Below, piece after piece: positions 23,678 through 38,280 of a stretch of 64,000 nucleotides of DNA; the stretch's first letter is position 1; every line of letters starts with the position of its first letter. The translations under genes and the position numbers were made by a program. The stretch is from Lama glama (Eukaryota), in contig CM052832.1 in the NCBI GenBank assembly GCA_028534125.1, forward strand, positions 11,224,001 to 11,288,000, written 5' to 3'. The notes under the pieces were generated by a model. The model saw nothing but the letters and a program-made list of their open reading frames with translations, searched no databases and had not been told where the DNA came from.

Positions 23678-26600
23678 AAGAAGTAGGAACACAGAGAGAC
23701 AACATATTCTGATGGTACTGGGCTGTGGGTGGCATCCCCCTGCAGAGTGTTAAGGAGACTACTGTGTCATGCTGCAGTCATGCTCCAAATGACCCAATAT
23801 GGCTAAGTGGGAGAGGCCTGGAGTGGGCCATTGGTTCCACCATCCAACAAGGGAAGGAACCCACATGATGGGTTAGGTCCATGTTGACTATGAATAAGCT
23901 TGAAATAAAATGTTATTCTTCAAGTCTGCTCCCTAAAGAATAGCAAGCTCCTCTTTCCTCCAATAGAGGGTCAGCCAAGAGCTCCAGGATGATCTAGAGA
24001 AATGAGGGTACCATCACATCAGCACCTGTACCTTACACTGCAGCAGGATCCAGACTCCATGTCCCACGAAGCTGGCTATGTCTCCAAAGACACACAGTCA
24101 GAACTGTCTGGCAATTAAATACCACTACAAAACAGCAAAACGTGCAAGCATCCTTTGGAAAGTCTTTTTCCTTTTGCATGCTAAATGAGTATTTCCAACA
24201 TTCAAGTCTTTCAGTTCAAGAGTATTTTTTTAAATTACTAAAATTAGTTCAAGAGGAAGAATTTTATATAGTCATCCTCTGTAGTTTTTTTTAACCTACA
24301 TGTAAATTTGGATTTACTTCTGATTTCACAAGCTCTATTAAATTATATTTACAGTATTCCCTTACCACCTACAAATCTTAAATAGATTCCTGCCACTGTA
24401 AAAGAAAAACTTCAGAACTTCAAAAAACAGGCAAGTGATTTCTGCATAACCTTGCCAATTGTCAGGATAAATAACAGGCACACAAAGAGATTCTTATGTA
24501 GTTATTATAGTCAATCAACACATCTTGTTCAGAATTGTCCTTGTTGTTGTTTTTAAAGGTATTGTTCTTAAAGGATACAAGGGGCCAAAAACTTGGCATG
24601 AAGAAGAGATCATGCATTCCTGAGGACCTGAGTGGGCATAAGAAGAGGTCCAGCAAGAGGTCCCAGTTTTTCCTGGTCCTCCCTCCCACTGTCTTAGCTG
24701 CACATCTACTGAGGTTCCCATAAAGCATTTGGCCCAACCCATAGATCCATCTTCCCTGGATAGGACTGTGCATTCTTCCACCTGTGTCTGGCTTTGATGC
24801 TTCTAAATTCTGTAGTTATGATCATTTTCTTTAAGAAAAATCTTGCTAGTAACTCACAAGTGTTTTTGCTCATGTTAAGAATTTGGATTTGATTTTAATA
24901 CATATTGATTTCCTTCCTGAAGAGGATTGTATTGAGCCTGTTTGGTTTGAAATTTGTCCCACCTCATCTGCTGCATACTGAGATAGAGATGATCTAGGGA
25001 TGTCATGGCCCCCTGAGACATGGGGGAGATTCACAGCCAGTTTCTTCTAACCATTCAGGCTTTATATTTGACCTTAAAACCAGAGTTTTAGGTAAAACCA
25101 GTGAACACAGAACACTCTTTGATATATCAGGCTTTTTGATATTCAAAAAGGAACAATATGTTATAATTTGTTGGTTTGTTTTAGGTGTTAGTTCCACTTC
25201 ATAGACAGAATGGGTCCAACCTGGTTTCATTGACCACGTTTGTTGAAAGATCATATTTATTTCTCTTAAAATTAATCTTTTGCTGTTACTGATTTACAGT
25301 GGCACCCAGAACCCATTTTACTTTCTCTGAAGTGTTTGCCTGTGTCATAATTTACACCTAAGAACTAAATTGCCACCCCAGAGAAGCCCTTACTATCAAA
25401 GACTCTGTCTTCTTGATGCCAAGTGTTGTCCCACAGCCATACTCTGTTTGGTCCTTGGATGTAAAGATCAGTCATTAGATGTAAAATCAGATTTTTCTCG
25501 ACTGTCCTACTGTCAGAGGCAGTTTATAACTTATTCAAGGCCAATTTATAAAGATTGTTAGTTTTAAAGTCATTTGCATTTATGTAAATTAACACATCTG
25601 TTAATTTGCCATTACTTTGGGTGAAGATGCATGTTTTTCTGTTAGCTGTATTTTTAACTTAAAAAAATATTGTTCACATTTTATAGACTGCCTAAATCAC
25701 CACTCTTCTTTCCGTTGGCTTCAGTGTAACCCAGAAGTGAACTTTGGTATACTCCTTCTGAGGCATATTATATTTGACACTATATATTCCATTTCATATT
25801 GTTTTCTTACAAGGTAACTGTCCCTCCTTTGAGCCTGGGTGGGGATTTATGGCTGCTTCAGCCAACAGAGTACGGTAAAAAAGATGCTATGTGATTTCCA
25901 GACTAGGTCATAAAAGTTTCACCTTTATTCTAGTTCTCTCTTTCTATCTCTCTCTCCATCTCCAGTTCTCTTTTTTCCCTTTCTCTGTAAGTGCTAACTC
26001 TGGATGATGCCTAGGGTTGGATGAGGATGCTCGAACTAGACTCTGAGGAAAGTCTCCTCTGGAGAGTGGCTGAAACTCTGATTCAAGGAAGAAGGAATGA
26101 CAGGATGAGAAGTAGAAAAAGTCAAGGCAGAGAAGGGGAGGAAAGCTTTGAGAAAAGGAACTGAGCCAACACATGTTTTACAAGGTTAAGTATGACTTTT
26201 ATGTACTTGGTGATTATTTTAAAAAATTCAGGACTACATTAAAAATAAGAAGACTCTTTGATCATGTTGTAAAGATACAAATCTGAGGTTCAAGGTGGCC
26301 TAGGAACTTTCTGCTGGTAAGATGATGGCATCTTATTCTGAGATATGCTTGGAAGGAAATATCCATCTATGTCCTTAGATTTTGAAACAGCACACTGTAA
26401 AAAAAAATTTCAATTAAAATTATCTAGCTAAAAATCTAGGTGTAAGGAAATATACTCGTGAGGTCTGGCCAACCCCAGTAATGTAACTGCACAATGCACC
26501 TATATTCATCCAGCAAGTGATGTAAAAAAATGTGTTCACTTGGGGAGATTGGTAAAACAGAGGACAGCCTGTCACTTCCTGCTGATACTCACTGAGCATT

Positions 26601-27044
26601 GCAATGGACATTAACTGCTAATGATCAGAGCTTGTTAATATTCTTGCGTAAAGGCTGAATTTTAATGGTTCTTTCTATTGCCAAGAAATGTGGCTCCTAC
26701 AGCTTGGACCCTGTGTCATCATTCATGGATAAGTTAGAACATAACTTGATAGAGGCTTCAGTTGTTGGGATCCAACACTCACAAGGATAACTAGGAAAGG
26801 ACCCTTCACAATCTAATTATCCGCAAACTGATCCTACTGAAAGGATACTCAGAAAATCTACCCAGAGCAGATTCTTGAAGAATGGGCTAGTCTGGGGAAA
26901 AAACCCACAAGAAGATGGTAACCTCTCTGATTCATGGCTTCAATATTCACTTGATGGGTTGTTTGTCCTAGCAAACAGCAATTTGAACTGGGTTTCCTAT
27001 GCTCTTGACTGTCTGTGGGAAACAGGGCTGAAGACAGGTAAGTC

Positions 27045-27500
27045 TATCAGTCAGCTGTCACTGGAACAATGCTAAGTAACAAAACTCAGTGGCTTATCAG
27101 CAACAATCATTTTATTTCTCTTACTGGTCTGTGAATTGGCCAGGGTAGCTCTGCTTCAGGCCGCAGGTTGGCTAGTTTATGCCCAGGCTGTAGATCAGGT
27201 TTGGGTCAGCTCTTAGTGTGTCATTTTGGGCCCAAACTGAAGGGAGGGAAGCTCACTGGGCCACGCTCCTGTTATGGTGATCACAGGGAGCAAGAGGGCA
27301 AGCTGACCATGTAGGCCTACTCAAAGCTTCTGTTCGCATCATTCCTGCTTTATCCCATTGGCCAAGCCAACGAAGTGGAGTTTGGAGGGAAGTGAACACC
27401 TCCCACCGTCCCATTGTCCTGTGAGGGTACAGCACCCAGCTACGAGGGGAGGATGTAGATGTATAATCCTATTGCAGGGAAGTGAAGAGTTGAAACAAAT
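27045..27500 (-). mobile_element. MLT1 (MaLR) LTR
   Basis: aacaatgctaagtaacaaaactcagtggctta..cccattggccaagc. Confidence 0.65.
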
Positions 27501-28175
27501 AGTCTCATTTTTTACAGTAAGTATTCTATTTTCTAGTAAAGGCTAGCCTAGGTAACTACTTTTCTTTTTTAGTTCAAAGATAATATTTTAAGCCCAAAAG
27601 TGTTATAAAAAGTAAACCCATAAACACCGAAGAACTGACAACAGAGAAAGTCATTAATACTAAATTAAAGAAATGTGAAACGCTCCCTGCTCTGGTGAAG
27701 GTCTAACAGTATAAAGGGGTGATGGGGATGCCTCCGGCCTCAAGCTCGGTGGGCTTACTTAGCAAAGCAGCCACACTGCCATTTTGACTAATTCTGTGCA
27801 AGGCAAGGGCACTTAAGCATCTGACATTGCCAATAGTGCCAAGGGGGTGTGCTGGTGGCCAGCCAAAGGGCCATGAAAACATGAAAATGAAGTAGAAAAA
27901 AAATCAAAGTTGGAATAAAATGTCTAAGTGTGTTTATGGAAAAACCTATCCATTTCTAAATGATGTAATGGAAAATCCATCTTTGGTCTACCCAAGTCAA
28001 GGCCATTTTATAAACTGAAGCATGTGACAGTTTGTGACAAACTCTAAAGCCACTAACCAAAATCTCCTGACTCTGGGAAAAGGGTAGCTGGAATTTCTGA
28101 ACAAGGAAAATTATGGCTTAAAGCTCTAGGGAGAGGCAGTAACTCAGAAATATTTAAGAGTCTATAGATGTAAGC

Positions 28176-28212
28176 GTGTGTGTGTGTGTGTGTTTGTGGT
28201 GTATGTGTGTGT
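28176..28212. repeat. (TG)n microsatellite, imperfect
   Basis: Direct reading. Confidence 0.9.
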
Positions 28213-28534
28213 ATAAAGGAAATGATATATACATACAGATAAATATACACACTTTATGCTGATTTTCACCAACCAATACTTGTCAAAACAAGGACTAGAT
28301 ATTTCATTTCAGTATCTGCACTATTTATTATTAACACTCATAGCTGTCAGCTTGTCTGATTAAAATTAAGCCTTTCTCTAGTTCAAATCTGTCCAGTCTC
28401 AAAGATTCTCACTAGAGTTATAACCTTGATATAAGAAAATGGAGTAGCTTAGGGCTTGCAGTGGTTGAACTGGAATCAAGATGTTCTAGGGTAAAGGTAA
28501 AATGTTTCCAAAGACATTCAGTTCAATTCAATTC

Positions 28535-29340
28535 AATGTGCCTCACACCTTAAACAAAAATGAATTTAAAATGTATCAGAATGCATCATAAACCTACATG
28601 TAAGACTACTGCTGTCAAACTATAAAACTTTTAGGAAAAAAATAGGGAAAAATCTTCATAACCATGAATTAGACAGAGTCCTTAGATTTAACACCAAAAG
28701 CACAAGCTATAAAAGAAAAAAGTGATAAATTAGAATTTATTAACCTTTTTAAAAAACTTTTGATGTATGAAAGACACTGTTCAGAGAATGAAAAGATAAC
28801 CTACAGACTTGGAGAAAATATTCACAAATCATCTAAATATATGTATAGACTCCACAAAAAGCAAATAAACAACTCAATTAAAAAGTGGCCCAAAAGTTTG
28901 CACTTCATCAGATGTATAGATGCCAAATAAGCCCATAAAGAGAGGTCCGCCACATTTGTCACTAGGAGAACGAAAATTATAACCACATGAGATACCAGTA
29001 CTTATTAAACGTCTAGAAAGTGTTTTAAGAGTGTTAATACCAAGTGTTCACAAGGATATAGAGAAGTTAGAATTTTCAAATATTGCTGGCTGGAATGCAA
29101 AAGGGTATAGTCACTTTGGAAAACAGTTTTTAGGGGCTATTATTACTTTAATCCTACACTAATGCTATGATCCAAGAACCTTACTACTAGGTATTAGCCC
29201 TTGAGAAATGAAGACTTATGTCCCACCATGGGTGAATGCATAAACGGCAATTCATCTAATCTATGGATGACCTCTTAGCCAATCAAAAGAACAGACTACG
29301 TATGCATCCAACAAAGTGGCTGAATCTCAACTGTGGTGAG
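28535..29340 (+). mobile_element. Old L1M ORF2 3' fragment
   Basis: taaaacttttagga..aacaccaaaagcacaa..ggagaaaatattcacaaatcat..cactttggaaaacagttt. Confidence 0.85.
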
Positions 29341-30129
29341 TAAGTAGTGTCTGTTAGAAGTAAGAATGACAATGGGGTGTAGGGACACAGTAGGGGCATT
29401 CAGGATGCTAAGGGTGCATGAAGCTGGAGCTCTGCGTGTAGTCTTAGACTGAGATGATCAGGAGTGGCCTCTCAGAAAAAGTGATATTTCACCTGTGCTT
29501 GAACATCGAGCAAGGGCTGGGTAAAGAGTGGGAAAAGGGCAACAGGTTGTACAATTTAGGAAACACTCCTTTAATGTTTGGGGGAATAAAAATCATGGAA
29601 GAGGAGGAAGAGCGGTTTACTCAAGTGCCCAAGGCTGCCTTGGACAAACTTTCACACAAACTCTTTTTAATGTAAAACAAAAGAAGGTGAATAAACATTT
29701 AAATGGTCATTTGTAACTAGGACCTTTCTTTTAAAATTAAAAACAAGTTTATTCCTAGAGCCATTCAATGCTTCCCAGAGGTCCTGGACGAAACTCACTA
29801 ACTGAACAATGGAGCGACTTGGCCTCTATCCCTATCACTGCTTCTGTTATCTTCCCCTGACACAAGTGTTCATGTGCTCTCTTTATCACCCTGGGAAATT
29901 TGTAACCACCTTTTGGTGCCTGAAGAAAGAGGGTTCAGAAATTCAAACAGTGATGCTGTATTTGTTTCTAACTCTTTCTCCTGTTCAGCATCTGCTCAGT
30001 TTATAGGTTATCTTTGTTCTCTGGGGGAGAGAGGAGGAGAAAGTGATTTTTGCCATGGAAATATAGACCTCAGATAAAAAATTTAAATTGTAAGGGGCTT
30101 TATTTTATTGATTCCTTGCAATGAGTTAT

Positions 30130-30960
30130 GCATGCACTCCTTCGTTCATCAGGCATGTAGAAATCTCCGGAATGTGCCTAAAGCCTTATTAGTCACTGTG
30201 AATACAGAGACAGCAACAGGAAACAGTTGAAGTTTTAAATAATCCCTGGTATGAAGGAGGGGACAGATACATACAAGCAATGTTGACAGGACCATTACAA
30301 AGGGACATATAAGATGTAGCTGCACAGAAAAGGGTCACTAACTTTGCTGGGGGCGAGATGCGGGTGATGGTTTTACAGAGCAGGTGACATTTGAGCTAAG
30401 TCTTGAAAGATGGGTTGAGTATTCCTAATAATCAAGGTGGGAAACAGTGGTAGAAACAGAAGGAACAGCACAGGCACAGGCAGAGGCATGGCAGGCATGT
30501 GTGGGAACTGCAGGAAATCGGCGGCTGGAGTCAAGGGGCAGGTAAGTCAGGGCAGAGAACCTGATAAGGGCTATGAAACTGATGTAAAGACATTTAGGAC
30601 CAGGTTATCAAGGCTCTTTGGAGTTGATTCCATTTGTAACGGGGAAGGATTGGTGGTTTTCAAACAAGGAGTGACATGAACTGATTTGCACTGTATAAAG
30701 ATAATCAGCAGCCCGTGTAGATGGTGAAATAAAAGGCGAAGAGAATTAGGGGCAAGAAAAGCAATTGGGAGATCTCTGTTAATTCTGGCAAAAAGACTAA
30801 GAGTCACATAAAGGCAGTAAGTAGCAAGCATGGAGTTGACTGGAAAGAGGCAAAAGATACTTAAAGAGGCAGGAGCTTCAGGACTTGGAAACTGTCTGGA
30901 TATAGCTATCAAAGAGAAAGAAAAGAGCAAGGAGCAACTCTGAGGTCAAGTCTGGGCGGC
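30130..30960 (+). mobile_element. L2 fragment
   Basis: ggtgacatttgagctaagtcttgaaagatg..ggtttcaaacaaggagtgacatg. Confidence 0.7.
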
Positions 30961-33900
30961 AGGGTCTATCATGATGTTATTCCAGGATGCACAGACAAGA
31001 AAGTATCCCTCTGGAGGTGCAAAGTTTAAACAGGTTCCCTGGAGTGTGGGAGATGAAAGCCAGACAGTAGAGGTTGAGAAGCACAAAGGAGATGGGGAAG
31101 ATGTAGGCAGATTCGATGGCTAAATAGCTAGCTAGATTCTGGGTGGGTAAGATGTTGTTGGACTTTGCAGTAATAATAATGCAATAGATAAAGGAACTCT
31201 GCTAGGTGAGCCATTTTCTTTGATGTCTTAAGTTATGCTATTTGTTGGTAAGCATTTCTTGAAGTCTGCAATATGCAAGGAAACACATTAAAGTAAACAC
31301 TCGGAGGAGATAGGACAGGGTGGATAATTTACTTAGAAGAGAGGCATGCTGGAGCTATTTTTTAACTCAGCCCATCCCTGGCTTCATTGGGATGTTGGTG
31401 AAACATTCAGGTTGTTTATGAGGAGCCTGTGTATAAATACACAAACTGTCATATTTTCCACTCAAAACTAGATGCTTTACCAGCCTTTCCCCTGTGCCAT
31501 GGCACTGTCATTTGGTTCCTGTGCTACACTCTGTAATCCGGCGAGAGCCTGGGCTGTAATTCCATATGGCTGGCCACCAGCTTCCAGCCATAAATGACTT
31601 TGATGTTGCTGTTGAGGGGGAGCCCCAGGAGAGCTGCAGGAAGAGGATCAGACAAAGCAGGAGGAAAGGGGCCTCTGCGTCTCAGCCAGAGAGGGATGAA
31701 CCCGAGAGAGATCTCAGCATAACGTCGAAAACCTGCATCCACTGTCTGATAGGAAAGGGAGGTAGTGCAAGTTTACCAAACCTAGTGGTTCCCACAGTGA
31801 TCCTGTAAACCCCAGTGCTGGTAAAGTTTTATGAATTCCCCTCTGCTGTGTATGCAAAGATGGTTATGTTAATGTAATTATGCTTTAAATTAGCTGAACA
31901 GAGTCTCAAAGGAGAATTCTTTGCTGAAGTTATATATTACAGATTTTGTGGTACCCGCGCTCTGCAGTTTAACAGCACGTTGTTATTATTCAGCATTTAA
32001 TGAGTACCAGAAAATGCTCTATGTATTCTCCACTTGATTCAGAAACAATGGTATGAGTGGCTTTTTCATTCTGCCAGGTATAAGGGGATTCCTCTGATAA
32101 CTGACCCTTCATAAGACTGATGAACCAGAGCTCAGCTGACAAGGGGATTTCTAAGGAAAGCCCTGCCACAGAAAATATGCTCTTTCTTCCTCAGCTTTCA
32201 TTTCGTTTCCATGGAATCCTTGACGAAGGACACTCAGGAATTCTGAGGAATCATGCCTGATGTCCTATCCGTTATCCCCAAGCATATTCTAGAACTCTTA
32301 TTACGATAAAAGCAGCTTTCAAGAGAGTAGAGGGGCAATTTACATCAGCTGACTTTTATTCTATTAATAATGCGATTTACTCATAAGCAGCAAGATACTT
32401 GTTCCATGTCTTGCCCCTTGAAGTAAGTTAACAGGAGAAGACCTCAATTAAATGCTTTCTTTCCTATTTGTGGTGGGGGTCCCACCACTCCTGTCTGAAC
32501 ATGCTTGCTTCTCTGATAATAAGTGGGGATGCTGTGGCAGTGAAAGATTTTTGAACAGTCACAAATCTGCCAAAGCCACCGAATAAAACAGGGGAAGGGG
32601 AAGTCCACTCCAATTAGGTAATTTAATGTACATATCCTATAATATCAAAATTACCAGCCCATAAAATTTTAACTGGTCCCTCCTCAGACTTACAAAGAAA
32701 ATGAATGCCTTTTACAGTTGCAGTATCAACAGCTAAAGAGCTAGTTGAAAACTAGTACCGGATCACAGTTTCCGTTTTTCTCAAAAAACATACAAACAAA
32801 AAAACCTCACGAACTTGCTTAGAGACTAATTCATTTCAGGCACAGCTTAATTTCTTTCAGATTTGAGGCTTATAAGCCCTGGCTACTTTGTCTGGTGCAG
32901 TCATATGTTATTTTGGCAACTGCAGAGCTCAAGAATCTTTTAAATGATTTGAAGGCATCTTAGGTCCCACATTTAAGCAAGTGGATAAGGTGCAAATAAT
33001 AATACTGAACATCAATCTAGTTGTGGGAAAGACACTATAACTTACAGGTTTAATCTCAAAACTTATTTAATACCCATGAGGGCCTGCTGTTTGAGATTTT
33101 GGGAAACCTGTCTGAAGGCACTGCGTCTGGGAGTTACTGAATCGGCTACACCAGGAACAGAAACAGAGGCTGTAAGCTGGGGGCTCACCGTCATGCTTTA
33201 TTTAGGCAGCCTTGTGCTTTAGCTATTTTGAATGTGAAGGCTTTTAGTTGGGGGCATGCAGTCTTCAGATCACACGACCACTGCCTACTGTCATATACCT
33301 GTCTGCCTGACATGTTTACACCATCAGTCTAGCTCCAGGAGATGTTTGAGTTTGTAATCCCTGGTATGTCTCCTATACATTAAAATGTTGTAGTTTCTGC
33401 TCCTTAGGGGGTGCCTACAATCAAAGGAGTCCATTCCAAAGGTCTGAGCATTCTCTATTCACCAGACAGTAATGTTATTACATGTGTGTCCAGACGTCAT
33501 CCCCTCAACTCAATGACTTATATAGCTGTTGTTATTATCCATGCCCATTTATTGGAGGAGACAATTGAGACTTAAAAACATAAATAATTTGCTCAATGTC
33601 ACCCTTAATTAAGTATGATAGGAGCAGGATTTTAACCCACACTTCCTGTTTATCAGTGAATTTGGTCGGGTGACCTGGAGCTCAAGACAAGAAGTATAAA
33701 TTCCCATAAACTGGACCCATAGCTGTCCCTTCTGACCTCACAACACTCCTCCACATCAAAGGTCATGACCATCTCTAAGCAACCTAGACTCCATGATTCA
33801 ACACTTAAAATGATTTTTTTTTTTTAACATGCTTGGCTTCCTGGCCTCTTTCATTGCATCCTCTTGGTATAATGGCAACTAGTCACCTGGGGCAAACATA

Positions 33901-34029
33901 ACTTGTCTTCTCTCTTTCCTGTATCTTCATCCTCTCCTTCTGTATTTGCTGTACCTACTTAGATATAAACAAAAGCCCCCTCCTCAATCTGGGTTCCTCC
34001 AGCTTTACCTCTGTGTTTTGCTTCTTGGC

Positions 34030-35400
34030 AATCCTTCACTAGCAAGCTTCCAGAAAGATCACCTCTGGGCTGCCTCCACTTCCTAGCCTCCACTTTCTCC
34101 TTGGCCTCCTGTAATCTGACTTCCGACACCATCCTTCCACTGAAGCCTCTGTCTAGGTTACCAAGGACCTTCTAGTTGCTAAACTGCATGGACATTTTTC
34201 AGTGCACCCTCGTTAGTATCCAACCCTGTTAAACACTTTCTTCTTCTTAAGTGTTTTCTGCATGATACAACCTTCCCCTTTCTCCCTCAGATCACTCCAG
34301 CTGCTCCTCCAGTCTCCTTTGCATCCCCTCCTATTCCACCAACCATTAGTGTTAGGATTGCAGCCTCAGTCCTTACTAGCAACTTGATCGTTTTCTGGAA
34401 AAAAAAAATATGGACTCCCAAATCCGTATTCTCAGCCATAGCTTTCTACTAAATGTTATCCAATGACCGGCTGAAGTCCCACAGGCACTTAAAATTTCAC
34501 ACGTCTCCACTCCTTATGCTTCTCTTTCCCTGCTCTAATCTATTTTACCTGTACAGGTGAACACCTGCACCAAACACCCACTTGTTCAAATCTCTTTTTT
34601 TTTCAGTTTTATTGAGGTATAATTGAAAAATAAAATTGTAGATATTTAAAGTGTCAATGTAATGATTTAATACAGGTAGACACTGTGGAATATTTACCAC
34701 AATCAAATTAATTAATACATCCGTCACCCCACATGGTTACTTTTTATCTAAATTTTGTGTGTATGTGTGTTGAGATCACTTAAGAGCTACTCTCTCAGCA
34801 AATTTCAAGCATACAGTAGAGTATTATTAACTATAGTCATTCTGCTGTACCTTAGGTCCTCAGAACTCATTCATCTCCTAACTGAAACTTTCACCATCAT
34901 CTCCCACCCCCTTTCCCCTCCCAAGTCCCTGGTAATGACCATTCTACTTTGTGTTTGTATAAATTTGACTTTTTTTTTTTAGATTCCACATAAGTGATAC
35001 TATATAGTATTTGTCCCTCTCTGTGTGGCTTATTTCACTTACCTTTATCTAGGTTATCACAAATTGCAGGATTTCCTTCTTTTTTATGGCTGAATAACTT
35101 TCCATTGTGTATATATATACACACCACATCTTCTTTATCTATTCGTTCATAGATGGGCATGGTTCTCCCACTTCTGGGTTTATATCTGAAGGAAATGAGA
35201 GCAGTACGTTGAAGAGATACCTGCACTCCCATGTTCACTGCAGCACGATACACAAGAGTCAACAGATGGACACTACCCAACTGCCCAGTCTTGAGTCACT
35301 TCTTCCTTACCACCCAGCATCGGGCGAAAAAGCCTTTAAAATCTATTTCGTAAATATCCAGTTCTCTCCTTTTCTCCATCCCTGCTACTGCCACACCTGT
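34030..35400 (-). mobile_element. L2 fragment interrupted by an inverted L1 (34595-35286)
   Basis: ccactgaagcc..ggttaccaaggaccttctagttgctaaa; L2-like sequence resumes after 35286. Confidence 0.65.
34595..35286 (-). mobile_element. L1MA-type insertion with 5' inversion
   Basis: Antisense 3' end at 34595-35160, then sense ORF2 piece LPLLGLYLKEM..RDTCTPMFTAA..WTLPNCP at 35165-35287. Confidence 0.85.
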
Positions 35401-35414
35401 TCACTTCTCATCCT

Positions 35415-36015
35415 CTATTTTTTTGCTTTTCTTATAATAGTATAATTTACATACAGTATAATTTACCCTTTTAAGTGTATACATAGTTCTCTAAGTTTTG
35501 ACAAATGTACATACTCATGTAACCACAACTAAAATCAAGATATGAAACCATTCCATCACTCCCCAGAAAAGCTCTCCCATGCCCATTTGTAGTCAATCTC
35601 TTTCCCAACCCCCTGCCCTTGGCAACCACTGATCTGGTCAGTGGTTCTCTCCCTATAGTTTTGCTTTTTCCAGAATGCCATAAAAACGGTGCTTTAAAGT
35701 ATGTAACTTTGAATCTGACATCTTTCACTCAGCATAATAAATCTGAGATTCAACTATGTTGTTACAGGAATGGACTGTTAAGTCCATTCCTTTTCCTTGT
35801 GTGGATGTACCAGTTTGTTTATCCATTACCAGTTGAGGAACATTTGCTTTGTTTCCAACTCTTGGCAATTGTGAATAAAACTACAATCATTCCTGTTTCC
35901 CTTTCTGTATGAACATCAGTTTTCAATTCACTTGGGTAAACACCCAGGATTGAGATTGCTGGGTCACATGGTTAAAAAAATATATATGCATATATATATA
36001 TACACACACACACAC

Positions 36016-36052
<37 letters not shown>

Positions 36053-38280
36053 GATACATACATACACATACATATATAGGTAAATACAATTTTATATGTA
36101 AGAAAGTAGAAAACCGTTTTGCAAAATGACTGGTCCATCTTGTGTTCTCTCCTGTCATGTTTGAAAGTTCCACATGCTCTACAGCTATGCCAATTTTATT
36201 TTCTTATTTTCAGCCATACTAAAAGGTGTGTAATAGTATCTGATTGTGGTTTTAACTTGCATTCCATTAATGACCAACTATATTGAACATCTTTTCACAC
36301 GTTTGCCATCCTTATAGTGGAAAGTCCCTCTTTAAATCTTTGACACTCCTCTTTTAGAAAAAATTGGTTTGTTTTCATACTTATTATTAAGTTTTAAGAG
36401 TTTTAAAGTATTCTGGATGCAAGTCCTTTATCAGGTATGTGTTTTGCAAAAATGTTCTTCCAGTTTGTGGTTTGCCATTTCATTCTCCAAGAGGTTTTTA
36501 AAGACCTTTTTATTTTGAGATAATTGTAGATTCACATGCAATTCATGGTCAGAAATAATGCAGAGAGATTATGCATCCCCTTATCCCAGTTTCTCCCACT
36601 GGTAGCATCTTCCAAAACAATATCACAATCAGGAATGGGCATTGATACAATCTGTCCATCTTACTCAATCATATTAAACTTTCACCAGTTTTATATGCAC
36701 TCATGTGTGTGTGTGTGTTTTCTTCCATGAAGTTCCATTCCATGTGTAGATTTCTGTGACCAGCACCACAATCAAGATATAGAACAGTCCATCACAGGAT
36801 CCTTTTATAGCCATAGCCAACTCACCCCCTCCCTGCCTCCCTAACCCCTGGCAACCACTAATCTATTCTCCATCTCTATAATTTTGTCATTTCAAGAATG
36901 TTATATAAATGGAATCATACAGCATCTAACTTCTCTGTCTGTCTTCTTCCACTCAGCATAATTCCCTGGAAATTAATCCAAGTTGTTACGTGTATCAGTG
37001 GTTTCTTCATTTTTATTGCTGAATAGTATTCCACAATTTGTTCAACCATTCAGCAGTTGAAGGATATCTGGGTTGTTTCCAGTTTGGAGCTAATATGAAT
37101 AAAGCTGCAATGAACACTCATGTATAGGTTTTTGTGTGAACACAAGTTTTCATTTCTCTGGGATAAATGCCCATAAGCATAATTCCTGGATTTTATAGTA
37201 GCTGCATCTTTAGTTTTGTGAGAAAACAACAAACTCTTTTGTGGAGTGCTGTATCATTATTCAGGATACATTTTACATTATACACTATACATTCCCACCA
37301 GTAATGTATGAGTGATTCAGTTTCTCTGTATCCTTGTCAGCATTTGGTTTTGTGGCTATTTTTAATTTCAGCCATTCTGATAGGTGTGTAGTGATATCTC
37401 AAGGAGGTTTTAATGTGTATTGCCCTGGCGGATAAGGATGTGGGACATCCTGTCAAGTGCTAACACTGTCTTTTGAGGAGCCCATCTTTTCCTTTTATTA
37501 TTTACTTATTTTCTAGCTTTACTGAAATATAATTGACATATAAGCTTAAGGTATACAATGTGATAACTTGATAGATACAAATACTGTGAAATGATTATCA
37601 TAATAAGGCTAGTTAACAACTCTAACACCTCACATAATTACTTTTTTTTCTGATGAGAACATTCAAGATTTACTCTCTTAGCAAATACATAATACTATAT
37701 TGTTAAGTATAGTCACTATGCTGTATGTTAGGTCCCCAGAACTTCTAACTGGAAGTTTTTACCCTTTGGCCAATATCTCCTCATTTCCCCAACCCTCAAA
37801 CCCCTGGAAACCACCATTCTACTCTCTATTTCTATGAGTTCAATACTTTTAGATTCCATATGTGTGACATGATACAGTATTTGTCTTTTTAAACATATTT
37901 CACTAAGCATAATGCCTTCTAGTTCCAGCTATGTTATTGCAAATGGCAGGATTTCTTTCCTTATTGGCAGAATAATATTCATATATATATGTAACCACAT
38001 TATAGATATAAAAGATAACATAAATATATAAAATAACATTCATACGTATCTCTCATTTTTTTAAATCCACTAGTGGACTCTTAGGTTGGTTCTCTGTCTT
38101 GGCTAACATTGCAGTGAATATGGGAGTGCAAATATTTCTCTGATTTTCATTCTTTTGGAGCTATACCCAGGAGTAAGATTGATGGATCACATGTTTTACT
38201 TTTAATTTTTTAAGGAACCTCCACGCTCTTTTCCATAGTGACTATACTAACTTACATTCCCATCAACAGCCCACAAGGGA
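35415..38280 (-). mobile_element. Cluster of at least three antisense L1M 3' fragments
   Basis: Separate T-rich 3' termini at about 35420, 36505 and 37495, each followed by antisense 3' UTR/ORF2 sequence. Confidence 0.85.
35980..36077. repeat. Compound (TA)n/(CA)n microsatellite
   Basis: Direct reading. Confidence 0.95.
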
